From Sulfurovum sp. UBA7648 (GTDB taxonomy: Bacteria; Campylobacterota; Campylobacteria; Campylobacterales; Sulfurovaceae): a stretch of 64,000 nucleotides of DNA. This document shows, in pieces, positions 34,945 through 43,951 of this stretch. Position 1 is the first letter of the stretch. Each line of letters opens with the position of its first letter. The stretch covers positions 322,432 through 386,431 of the forward strand of contig DLIG01000021.1 of the NCBI GenBank assembly GCA_002483605.1. Reading direction: 5' to 3'. The notes below the pieces were generated by a model. That model saw only the letters and a list, made by a program, of their open reading frames with translations. It searched no databases and was not told where the DNA came from. Made by a program: the position numbers and the translations under genes.

Positions 34945-36882
34945 TTATTGTAAAGATTCAAACAGTTCCCAAAGTTCGAGATATTTTTCACTTTTTGTAT
35001 TGTATTCGCTTTGAGTTTCATTTAACATCTTAGTCAGCTCATTTAGTCCTTTTTCTTGATAGCAATCAGGATTGCTGAGACATTTATGAAGCTTGTCAAG
35101 CTTATACTCCAGCTCTTCTATCTCTTTTGGCAGCAGATCAAATTCTCTTTGTTCTTTGTAGCTAAGTTTCGTTTTTATTTTGGCAGGAGCCGGTATTGTT
35201 TGTGATGGAATATCTTTAAACTCTTTTTCCATTGATTCTATTTCTCTAAGCTCTTTTTCTATCATTAGATAGTCACTATAAAGCTGATGTGACTCTTCTA
35301 TGTTTCCTTTTCCGTCAAGTATAAAAAGTTTAGACGCTACTTTGTCTACAAAATATCGATCATGTGATACTACCAATAATGCTCCGCCAAAATTAATGAG
35401 TTGCTCTTCAAGAATGGTGATAGTTTGAATATCAAGATCATTTGTAGGCTCATCCAGTATAAGACAATCTACTTTTTTTGCGAATAGCAATGCAAGCGCC
35501 ACACGATTCTTTTCACCGCCGCTTAGCATGCCTATTTTTTGGTCTAAAAATTCTTTTGGAAATAAAAAGCTTTTGAGATAACCGTATACATGCATATTTT
35601 TCCCATCGACCTCTATGATATCTCCTCCATTTGGGCAAAAAGTCTCAAGCAAGCTCTTTTCATCATCTAGCATATCCCTGTGCTGGTCAAAATATCCTAT
35701 GGCAAAATCCCCCTTGTCTATCTTGCCGCCAAGAGGAGCTATCGTGCCAAGCATTAGTTTAAGGAGAGTGGATTTCCCAGAACCGTTTATGCCTACTATA
35801 GCTATCTTGTCATGTTGCAGTATGCGTGTTGTAAAATTTGTAATTAAAGGTTTCTCAGGTAAGCCATATGTTACATTATGAAGATCAAAAAGCATTTTTT
35901 TTCTAGATACACTTTCATCTCTATTGAAATGTTTTTTTTCTCTCTCTAGCTCTACTACCATTTTGCGAATCAAGGTAGGATTTTTTTTGGCATTTTCACG
36001 AAGTTCAAAGACTCTTTGTTTGCGGCCTTGATTTCTTTTTTCTCTTGCTCTTACCCCTTTTCTGAGCCAGGCTTCTTCTTGCTTTAGAAGTCTAAGCAGG
36101 TTTTCATGCCCCTTTTGCAAAGAATGAAGCCTTTGTTCTTTAAGAGTTAGATAGTTTTGGTATCCGCCTTGATAGCTTACAAGTTGTTGATTATCGACTT
36201 CGATAACTCGAGTAGCGATAGTGTCTATGAAATATCTATCATGGGAGATGAACAGAAGTGTAAATTTTTCTTTGAGCAGTATCTCTTCAAGAAACTCTAC
36301 CATGTATACATCAAGATGGTTGGTTGGCTCATCTAGCAGCAGAACATCAGGTTTTTTCAAGATCAGCCCAGCTAGTGCCACACGGCGTTGTTCGCCTCCG
36401 GAGAGAGAATTGACAAGTCTATTTTCATAATCTTTGAGTTTGAATTCCTGCAATACTCTCTCTATCTTGTCATCTAGATTCCATGCATTATGATGGTCAA
36501 GAAAATTTGTAAGCTCAGCATGTTTTTTTAGAAGCTCTGTGTTGTCAAAATCAGTTGCTAATTGTTCGCCGATCTTATCATAGTCCAATTTGGCTTCATA
36601 TAGTTTTGTCAATTCCAAGCTGATCGCTTCTCGTACTGTGAGGCTTGGTTCAAAAAGAGGATGCTGGGATAGCATTTCTATCTGTGTATTGCCTTGAACC
36701 ACTCTTTTGCCCTCTGTCGGCTCTTCCATGCCGGCTATTATTTTCATAAGGGTAGATTTGCCGCATCCGTTTTGGCCGACGATAGCTATTCGTTCACCTT
36801 CATTTAGGTGAAAGTCTACTCCATCAAGAAGTATTTTGATATTGTATTGTTTTTTGACAGCAAAGAGATCTACTAATGCCAC
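34945..36882 (-). CDS. ABC-F family ATPase (Uup-like)
   Basis: Two ABC cassettes (GQNGCGKST / LSGGEQRR / LLLDEPTNHLD and GINGSGKST / LSGGEKNR / LILDEPTNDLD), no TM domain, and a coiled-coil tail. Confidence 0.9.
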   Translation of the reverse strand: MALVDLFAVKKQYNIKILLDGVDFHLNEGERIAIVGQNGCGKSTLMKIIAGMEEPTEGKRVVQGNTQIEMLSQHPLFEPSLTVREAISLELTKLYEAKLDYDKIGEQLATDFDNTELLKKHAELTNFLDHHNAWNLDDKIERVLQEFKLKDYENRLVNSLSGGEQRRVALAGLILKKPDVLLLDEPTNHLDVYMVEFLEEILLKEKFTLLFISHDRYFIDTIATRVIEVDNQQLVSYQGGYQNYLTLKEQRLHSLQKGHENLLRLLKQEEAWLRKGVRAREKRNQGRKQRVFELRENAKKNPTLIRKMVVELEREKKHFNRDESVSRKKMLFDLHNVTYGLPEKPLITNFTTRILQHDKIAIVGINGSGKSTLLKLMLGTIAPLGGKIDKGDFAIGYFDQHRDMLDDEKSLLETFCPNGGDIIEVDGKNMHVYGYLKSFLFPKEFLDQKIGMLSGGEKNRVALALLFAKKVDCLILDEPTNDLDIQTITILEEQLINFGGALLVVSHDRYFVDKVASKLFILDGKGNIEESHQLYSDYLMIEKELREIESMEKEFKDIPSQTIPAPAKIKTKLSYKEQREFDLLPKEIEELEYKLDKLHKCLSNPDCYQEKGLNELTKMLNETQSEYNTKSEKYLELWELFESLQ

Positions 36883-36969
36883 TAATTGTCCTTGGATTTA
36901 ATTGGCGTATTATACCAAAAAAGCCACTTTAAGCTTAACTAGATATATTTCAAATAAAAAAGGCAATAT

Positions 36970-38235
36970 ATGCTGCAAGCATTAATTATATTATTTTCCG
37001 TATATACGGCTATCAAAGTATATGTTTCTGTTATGCAAATGGGATATATCATTGACGAGAAACGCAAAGATGCTGTGTTGATGACAAAAGCAAAATATCA
37101 AGAGGCAGCAAAGTACGCAGTAGCAAAAGAAAAGCTTGACCTTACTGCGCATTTAGTGGAATATCTTTTGTTTATTTGGTGGATACTAGCCGGATTTGAG
37201 GTAATGTATGGCTTTGCATCACAATATTTAGCGGAATCTCCGTTTTTGGCAAGCATTATATTTTTAGTTGGATATTTTACGATCGAATATATTGTATCTT
37301 TGCCGCTAAGTATTTATCAAACTTTTGTGATAGACAAGCAGTTTGGGTTTACCAAGAGTACGCCAAAACTATTTATCATAGATCAAATTAAAAGTATTAT
37401 GCTTTTTTTTACAATTGGAATCGGGGTCATGGCACTATTGGTGTGGATCATCGAAAGTTTTGAGATGTGGTGGCTGTATGGATTTGTGACCATTATGGCT
37501 ATATTGCTTATTATAAATTTTGCATACCCGACTATTATTGCGCCAATGTTTAATAAATTTACTCCCCTAGAAGATAAAGAGCTGCAAAAAAAGATAGAAG
37601 TTCTCATGGAAAATGCGGGCATGAAAGCTAATGGTGTATTTGTGATGGATGCAAGCAAGAGGGATAATCGCTTAAATGCATACTTTGGCGGTTTTGGGAA
37701 AAGCAAAAGAGTAGTGTTATTTGATACTCTTTTGTCAAAACTGAGCCATGATGAGCTTATAGCAGTTTTAGGGCACGAGCTGGGTCATTATAAACATGGA
37801 GATATTTGGAAAAATGTTGCGCTTATGACAATTTTATTTTTTGTAGTGTTTTATCTTTTGGGACATTTGCCAGAATCTATCTTTACAGAATTGCGTACAG
37901 CACCTATTGCAGGAGCAAAGATAGCATTTATAATGCTTGTATTCCCTCTTTTGACCTTTATTTGGATGCCAATTATAAGTTTATTTAGCAGACACAACGA
38001 ATATCAAGCCGATAAATATGGTTCTGGAGTTGGCGGCAAGGAGCATTTAGTCTCGGCATTGATCAAGTTGGTAGGTGAAAACAAAGCATTTCCTAAATCT
38101 CATCCGTTGTATATATTCTTTTATTATTCACACCCTCCTATTTTAGAGCGTCTTAAAGTTTTAGGATTTGATGAATCTTATAAGAATGAATCGCCATTGC
38201 CTGATGATGGTATTTTTTCATTTATAAAGAAGTAA
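36970..38235 (+). CDS. M48 family (Ste24-type) membrane zinc metalloprotease
   Basis: Polytopic N-terminal half, HELGHYKHGD zinc motif and a downstream NEYQAD. Confidence 0.85.
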   Translation: MLQALIILFSVYTAIKVYVSVMQMGYIIDEKRKDAVLMTKAKYQEAAKYAVAKEKLDLTAHLVEYLLFIWWILAGFEVMYGFASQYLAESPFLASIIFLVGYFTIEYIVSLPLSIYQTFVIDKQFGFTKSTPKLFIIDQIKSIMLFFTIGIGVMALLVWIIESFEMWWLYGFVTIMAILLIINFAYPTIIAPMFNKFTPLEDKELQKKIEVLMENAGMKANGVFVMDASKRDNRLNAYFGGFGKSKRVVLFDTLLSKLSHDELIAVLGHELGHYKHGDIWKNVALMTILFFVVFYLLGHLPESIFTELRTAPIAGAKIAFIMLVFPLLTFIWMPIISLFSRHNEYQADKYGSGVGGKEHLVSALIKLVGENKAFPKSHPLYIFFYYSHPPILERLKVLGFDESYKNESPLPDDGIFSFIKK

Positions 38236-38237
38236 TA

Positions 38238-39056
38238 GTGACAATAAAAGAAACCCTTAGCTGGGCTAGCGAACAGCTACAATTTAGCTGCGAACGTCCG
38301 TTATTTGAAGCAGAGCTGCTTTTGGCTTATCATTTGCACAAAGAAAGAGTTTATTTGCATGTTCATGAGCATGATGAAGTAGATAATATAGATTCATTCA
38401 AATCTCTTATAGCAAGAAGAGCATCACATGAGCCATATGAATATATAGTAGGCAAAGTGAGCTTTTATGATATAAAATTATTTGTTAAACAAGGCGTTTT
38501 GATACCGCGACCTGAAACTGAACTGTTAATTGATGAGGTTTCATCTGTTATAGAAAAAGAGGACATTACATCCATCGCAGAAATAGGGGTTGGAAGCGGA
38601 GCTATATCGATAGTATTGGCGCGTAAATTCCCGTCTTTAAAGATAATAGCTACAGATATCTCTCTTGATGCAATTGCGATTGCCAAAGACAACATAGAAG
38701 CATTTGGATTATCAGACCGCATCACTTTGGTGCATACTAATTTACTCGATGGTATTGAAGAACAAATAGAACTGGTTGTTAGCAATCCTCCTTATATCGC
38801 AAGCAATGCTCTCTTAAAGTCAAATGTCAAAGATTATGAGCCGCATACGGCACTTTTTGGAGGAGAAATAGGTGATGAGCTGCTTAAGCAGATCATTACA
38901 CAAGCAAAACAAAAAGGTGCTTCTTATCTAGCTTGCGAAATGGGATATGATCAAAAAGCGTCAATGGAGCATTTTTTAACACAAAGTGGAGTACAATACA
39001 TAAAGTTTTATGATGATCTAGCTGGGTTAAACCGCGGATTTATAACCAAATTTTAA
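38238..39056 (+). CDS. prmC: Release factor glutamine N5-methyltransferase
   Basis: EPYEYIVGK.F, EIGVGSGAISI and NPPY motifs. GTG start. Confidence 0.87.
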   Translation: MTIKETLSWASEQLQFSCERPLFEAELLLAYHLHKERVYLHVHEHDEVDNIDSFKSLIARRASHEPYEYIVGKVSFYDIKLFVKQGVLIPRPETELLIDEVSSVIEKEDITSIAEIGVGSGAISIVLARKFPSLKIIATDISLDAIAIAKDNIEAFGLSDRITLVHTNLLDGIEEQIELVVSNPPYIASNALLKSNVKDYEPHTALFGGEIGDELLKQIITQAKQKGASYLACEMGYDQKASMEHFLTQSGVQYIKFYDDLAGLNRGFITKF

Positions 39057-39065
39057 AGGATTTAT

Positions 39066-39545
39066 ATGTCACCTATTTTTCGTAACATAACTATGGCTTA
39101 TTTGATTTTTTTATCTGCAGTTTTAGGAGCATCTTTGTATGCAGGTGCAGTAGTTGCCCCTGTGACATTCAATACAGAAAATATATTCGGCTCTGGTATT
39201 TTGAGCCAGTTTCAAGAAGGGATGATCATGACAGAAAATTTTGTCAGATTATCTTATCTGGTAACTATCTCTGTGATAGCAGCAGTTATCTATGAGGGCT
39301 ATAAATATAAAAAAGGCGAGAGAGATATGTTGACATTTGTTGCATTGTTTTTGGTACTGGCTACCGGATTGATGTTTTCATATTATTATTTGCCTGATAT
39401 CATCATGATGCAGCAAGCAGGTGAAGAGATGACAAAAACACAACTCTTTATAGATACGCATAATGGTTCCGAGATTAATTTTAAGATATATACATTTGCA
39501 TTGCTTCTTCTTCTGATCCGCAATTTTAAAAAAGCATTACGCTAA
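39066..39545 (+). CDS. Membrane protein (DUF4149-like), hypothetical
   Basis: 159 aa with four predicted TM segments. The family call is tentative. Confidence 0.4.
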   Translation: MSPIFRNITMAYLIFLSAVLGASLYAGAVVAPVTFNTENIFGSGILSQFQEGMIMTENFVRLSYLVTISVIAAVIYEGYKYKKGERDMLTFVALFLVLATGLMFSYYYLPDIIMMQQAGEEMTKTQLFIDTHNGSEINFKIYTFALLLLLIRNFKKALR

Positions 39546-39555
39546 CGGATTTTTA

Positions 39556-40041
39556 ATGAGTGAAACAATTAGTCACCCTTTTTCACCTATTATTTTTAAA
39601 GATACAAAGACACTTATACTAGGCTCTTTTCCTAGTATAAAATCTATAGAAAATAACTTTTATTATACTCATCCACAAAATCAATTTTGGAAAATTTTAT
39701 CGTCCATTACATCTTATCCTATAAATAACAGGGATCAAAAAATTTGGCTTTTAAAAGAGAGCAAAATAGGGCTTTGGGATATGGTAAGCAGCTGTAATAG
39801 GGAAAATTCAGCCGATAGCTCGATAGAAGATGAAGAGGTCAATGATATAGCTTCACTGCTTGAGAGATATCCGTCTATCAAGACTATAGCATTTACCGGC
39901 AGAAAATCACAAACATTATTTGAACTTAATTTTGGGCATTTGGATATAGAGACATGCTATTTGCCTTCGCCGTCCAGCGCATATGCGAAGCTCTCTATTG
40001 AGCAAAAGATCATTGCATACAAAGAGACTCTAAAGTTATGA
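39556..40041 (+). CDS. DNA-deoxyinosine glycosylase (UDG superfamily)
   Basis: LILGSFPS..S....FYYTHPQNQFW and LPSPSSA motifs. Confidence 0.65.
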   Translation: MSETISHPFSPIIFKDTKTLILGSFPSIKSIENNFYYTHPQNQFWKILSSITSYPINNRDQKIWLLKESKIGLWDMVSSCNRENSADSSIEDEEVNDIASLLERYPSIKTIAFTGRKSQTLFELNFGHLDIETCYLPSPSSAYAKLSIEQKIIAYKETLKL

Positions 40042-40850
40042 TATGGGCAATAGGCGATCTGCAGGGTTGTTATAACTCATTTATGCAGCTTTTAGAAAAG
40101 ATCGATTTTGACCCAAGCAGGGATCAATTGTGGCTTGTTGGGGATCTGGTAAATCGCGGTAAGGGTTCTTTGGAGGTATTGGAATATGTTCATAAGCACC
40201 AAAAAAGTATTAAAATTGTACTTGGAAATCACGATATTGCATTAATATCCGCATATTATGGCATCAAAAAAAGCAACCCGACAATTGAATCGATTTTAAA
40301 GTCCCCAAGAGCAAAAGAACTGATCGACTGGCTTAGGTGTCAGCCGTTATTGCATATAGACAGTAAGCTTGGATATTGTATGTCTCATGCAGGAATATCG
40401 CCTTTATGGGATCTGAAAACAGCAAAAGAAAATGCGGACAAACTTGAAAAAAAACTAGCTGGAGATGATGTCGCCGTATGGCTCAAGAAAATGCTAAGTA
40501 ATTCCGCTGATCGTATAAACTTTGGTACTACAAGCCAAGAAGAAGAAATATTTGCTTTTAGTGTGTTTTTGCGAATGCGTTATTGTTTTGATGACGGAAG
40601 TATGGAAATAGATCAAAAAGGTACTCCTACGCAGCAATTGGAAAATAGCGGACTTAAACCATGGTTCTTGTATTCAAAGAGGATACCTATAGAATACAAG
40701 ATCGTTTTTGGACATTGGTCAACTTTGGGCTTTTATGAGGATGATAACGTTTTGGCGATCGATACAGGCTGCGTATGGAACGGCAAATTAACTGCCGTTA
40801 GGCTTGATGATAGGACGATTGCTCCATGTTTTGTGGAGTGTAACAATTAG
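40038..40850 (+). CDS. apaH: Bis(5'-nucleosyl)-tetraphosphatase, symmetrical
   Basis: IGDLQGC, GDLVNRG, GNHD and GHW metallophosphatase blocks. ATGA overlap with the upstream gene. Confidence 0.85.
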   Translation: MIWAIGDLQGCYNSFMQLLEKIDFDPSRDQLWLVGDLVNRGKGSLEVLEYVHKHQKSIKIVLGNHDIALISAYYGIKKSNPTIESILKSPRAKELIDWLRCQPLLHIDSKLGYCMSHAGISPLWDLKTAKENADKLEKKLAGDDVAVWLKKMLSNSADRINFGTTSQEEEIFAFSVFLRMRYCFDDGSMEIDQKGTPTQQLENSGLKPWFLYSKRIPIEYKIVFGHWSTLGFYEDDNVLAIDTGCVWNGKLTAVRLDDRTIAPCFVECNN

Positions 40851-42022
40851 TCTATAATGTGTCCAACGAATTTAGAGGCATTGTTTATAATATCTCCGCC
40901 TTTTCTAAAGCCAATACCGCAAGACTCATATGCAAAAAAAAGTCCGGCTTGATAGTAGTCGCCTTTATTGTCAACAGCTAGATTTGCATATTCTTGAAAA
41001 AGCATCTTATGGCTATCATATTCGCCTTCTTGTTTTGAAATCAAATTTCCATATTTGTCTATAATGCTTATGCTTTCTCCTTCTCTTCCAAAAAACGGTT
41101 TTTTGACGTGTTTTTTATCTTTTAAAGGTACAAAACTACTTTCTAGCAGCAATGGATGATTTGGATATAGATCCCACAAGATTTTTAGTATCCCCTTGCT
41201 TTGAAAAAGCAATGTATATGCGGGATTGAAAAATATAGCTTTTTGATTTTTTACGATATTGGTTAAGATCATTGCCAGATCAGGTGTTTCCAGTGAGATC
41301 ATTTCCCACGGAACAAGCTTGAACCATAAATCATATTGTTCGTTATTGTAAAATATTCCATCATCGCTAAATTCAATCTCATCAACAAATGCAAAATTAG
41401 TATCAAAACCGGCTTGGGTTGCTATATGCTGCAGTAATTTTACTGTATTTTCTTCTTCCGTATTTCCTCTTATGGAGCTAAACAAAAATTTCCATCCATC
41501 GTATTTGATCTCAAAATCTTCTACACTTTCTTCTAGAGTAACAAGTCTTTTGAAATTATCGGTCAAAGCTTCATAGATACCATTAAATTGGCTGCCTTCT
41601 TCCAAGCCATTATATTTTAGCATTGCCCATTGCACGATAGCGCTCTCAAAGAGCGAAGTTGGCGTATCGGCATTGAATTCAAGTAATTTGATAGGTAATC
41701 CATCTATTCCTCCGGCGAGGTCAAATCTGCCATAAAGATGCCAATGTACATCATTCTCCCATGATTCTTTTATAAGTTCTACAAGATTAAATGGGATCCC
41801 GATCTCATGAAAAAGATTATTGTCTATAACATATTGAGCTGCATTGACAAACATATCATAAAGTTCATTCCCCGCATCATAAAACGCTTTTGCTTCTTGT
41901 TCTGAGACAATTACAAGTTCGTCTGCTATATATTTTGTATTATCGTTGTCTGTATGCCATGCAAAACCGAGCCTGTCTAAATATTGTGTTTCTAGCAGTT
42001 TAATGCTCTGTAATCGTATCAT
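40847..42022 (-). CDS. Glutathionylspermidine synthase-like ATP-grasp family protein (YgiC/YjfC-like)
   Basis: 391 aa. RFDLAGG....KLLEFNADTPT and PFFGREGE blocks. Confidence 0.8.
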   Translation of the reverse strand: MIRLQSIKLLETQYLDRLGFAWHTDNDNTKYIADELVIVSEQEAKAFYDAGNELYDMFVNAAQYVIDNNLFHEIGIPFNLVELIKESWENDVHWHLYGRFDLAGGIDGLPIKLLEFNADTPTSLFESAIVQWAMLKYNGLEEGSQFNGIYEALTDNFKRLVTLEESVEDFEIKYDGWKFLFSSIRGNTEEENTVKLLQHIATQAGFDTNFAFVDEIEFSDDGIFYNNEQYDLWFKLVPWEMISLETPDLAMILTNIVKNQKAIFFNPAYTLLFQSKGILKILWDLYPNHPLLLESSFVPLKDKKHVKKPFFGREGESISIIDKYGNLISKQEGEYDSHKMLFQEYANLAVDNKGDYYQAGLFFAYESCGIGFRKGGDIINNASKFVGHIID

Positions 42023-42024
42023 TA

Positions 42025-42669
42025 TCAGCCCCCAAAAGACCTGCTAGAAGATGTGCTGCTTTTGCTGCCAAAAGATCCACTGCTAGAAGAGCCGCTGCTT
42101 TTGCCTCCAAAGTAACCGCTTTTAGTATTGCCTGCAGATGTTGAAGTACCGCTTTTTTTAAAGCTATCAACGCTTTTTGAATATGTAGACGGTGATTTGT
42201 ATCCTGCTTGTCTATTTTGTTGATAATTTTGATTACCAAATAGTTTGCTACCTATCCAAGATCCTATTATTGCTCCGGCAGCACTGGCCAATATGGCTTC
42301 GCCCAGACTCATACCATTGCCGGAAAGTTGAGCATTTTGCGGATTTGTCAGATTTGAAGTGTTATTGTCTATTTTTAGCTCTTCTTCTTTCATGAGCTTA
42401 TCCATCTCTTCTTTGGAGAGGACTTTTTCTGTGCCGTCAAGCTGTTTTAGTACTATGCGTGTTTCATCTGAGGGAAATTCTTCTTTTATTTTATATTTTC
42501 CCTTTTGGGTCTCTTCAATGATTACAAATGCACCTTTTTTGGCTTCTTCTTGGACAGATTGGTTGTTTTGTTCTTGATTGCCGCAGCCAGTCAGTCCTGA
42601 AGACAATAAAATTCCAAGTCCTGCTGCAGTAAATATAGTAGTGTGTGAAAATGTTTTGATATATTTCAT
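42025..42669 (-). CDS. UPF0323/DUF1190-like lipoprotein with a Gly/Ser-rich tail
   Basis: Lipobox LTGC. It is paired immediately upstream of the GspS-like gene, as ygiB-ygiC are. The C-terminus is low-complexity (GGKSSGSSSSGSFGSKSSTSSSRSFGG). Confidence 0.65.
   Translation of the reverse strand: MKYIKTFSHTTIFTAAGLGILLSSGLTGCGNQEQNNQSVQEEAKKGAFVIIEETQKGKYKIKEEFPSDETRIVLKQLDGTEKVLSKEEMDKLMKEEELKIDNNTSNLTNPQNAQLSGNGMSLGEAILASAAGAIIGSWIGSKLFGNQNYQQNRQAGYKSPSTYSKSVDSFKKSGTSTSAGNTKSGYFGGKSSGSSSSGSFGSKSSTSSSRSFGG
42032..42125. repeat. Imperfect 36/39-nt tandem repeat inside the lipoprotein gene 3' end
   Basis: CCAAAAGACCTGCTAGAAGATGTGCTGCTTTTGCTG / CCAAAAGATCCACTGCTAGAAGAGCCGCTGCTTTTGCCT / CCAAAG... 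encodes the repeated G-K-S-S-x-S-S-S-x-S-F-G tail. Confidence 0.6.
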
Positions 42670-42763
42670 GATAATGATCCCCTTATTAAAAATAGCGGAT
42701 TATTATATCGAAAATATCCCCAATGACAGGGGATGGGTAAAGCAGAAAAAAACAATAGGTTTA

Positions 42764-43924
42764 TCAATCCATTTGTTTTCTTAAAAATGTAGGCACTTGA
42801 TATATGTCATCATCGTCAGTATTATACCCGCCTACAACAATCTTGTTGGCATTTCTGAGTGTATTTATATTATTTGATGAATTTGAATTAAAAAGAGATT
42901 GCGCCGGCTGTTTTTCGCTTGTTTTTAATAGTGTATTGGTTTTGTCTTCAAAACCGGTAGCTATAACTGTGATCTTAACTTCATCTATAGCCAAAGAACT
43001 ATCTGTAGTAGTACCAAATATTACATATGCATGTTCATCGGCATTCTCTTCAATTATTTCCATAGCTTCGGAAATTTCCATCAAAGGATAATCGGGGTGT
43101 ATATAAAAATGAACCAAAATACCGGTAGCTCCATCAATAGATATATTATCCAAAAGAGGAGATTCAATAGCTATTTTTGCTGCATCGTAAGCAGCATTTT
43201 TGCCGATACTTTTGCCTGTGCCCATTAATGCCAAACCGCGATGATTCATAACGGTTTTTATATCAGCAAAGTCAAGGTTTATATCATTTTCACCATGAGA
43301 AATGATTACATTAGAGATTCCTCCAACTGCTTGAGCCAAAATATCATCAACCATTCTAAAGCTCTCTTTGATGCCTAGATTTTTTTCTACGATCGATAAT
43401 AGCTTTTCATTTGGTATAACAATTATGGAGTCACTTTCTCTTTTTAGTTCTTCAAGTCCTTCTTTTGCCAAAGCAGTTCTTTTTTTGCCTTCAAATTTAA
43501 AAGGACTTGTTACTATGGAGACAGTTAATGCACCTATCTCTTTAGCTACCTGGGCTATAATAGGAGCAGCTCCGGTACCGGTACCGCCGCCAAGTCCTGC
43601 AGAGATAAATACCATATCCGCACCTTTGAGTATGCTTCTAAGCTCTTCGAAACTTTCCAAGGCAGCCTCTCTTCCTTTCTCCGGTATCATACCGGCGCCT
43701 TGTCCGCCTGTTGTATTGACGCCCAGCTTAATTTTATATGGAGCTAATGAGTTTTCCAATGCTTGCCCATCGGTATTTGCAACGATAAGATCGATATCTT
43801 TTACACCTTCGCGGATCATATGATTGATCATATTGCCGCCACCGCCACCGACACCGATTACTTTGATCTTAGCACCATTTGTGCAATATTTTGTCTCTAC
43901 TATATCAATCTCAAATGCTTCCAT
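42764..43924 (-). CDS. ftsZ: Cell division protein FtsZ
   Basis: GVGGGGGN and GLGGGTGTGAAP tubulin signature motifs. Confidence 0.97.
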   Translation of the reverse strand: MEAFEIDIVETKYCTNGAKIKVIGVGGGGGNMINHMIREGVKDIDLIVANTDGQALENSLAPYKIKLGVNTTGGQGAGMIPEKGREAALESFEELRSILKGADMVFISAGLGGGTGTGAAPIIAQVAKEIGALTVSIVTSPFKFEGKKRTALAKEGLEELKRESDSIIVIPNEKLLSIVEKNLGIKESFRMVDDILAQAVGGISNVIISHGENDINLDFADIKTVMNHRGLALMGTGKSIGKNAAYDAAKIAIESPLLDNISIDGATGILVHFYIHPDYPLMEISEAMEIIEENADEHAYVIFGTTTDSSLAIDEVKITVIATGFEDKTNTLLKTSEKQPAQSLFNSNSSNNINTLRNANKIVVGGYNTDDDDIYQVPTFLRKQMD

Positions 43925-43951
43925 GCCGTGCTCCTTTTTGTGTGGGTTGGG

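Noticed and set aside
42000-42239. 79-aa A/L/K-rich ORF overlapping the lipoprotein and GspS-like genes
   Set aside because: It is an alternative-frame artefact of the Ser/Gly codon tandem repeat, and it spans a gene boundary.
43368-43823. 151-aa plus-strand ORF inside ftsZ (and 42804-43091, 43031-43228)
   Set aside because: These are shadow ORFs antisense to ftsZ, where the minus-strand frame carries the tubulin signature.
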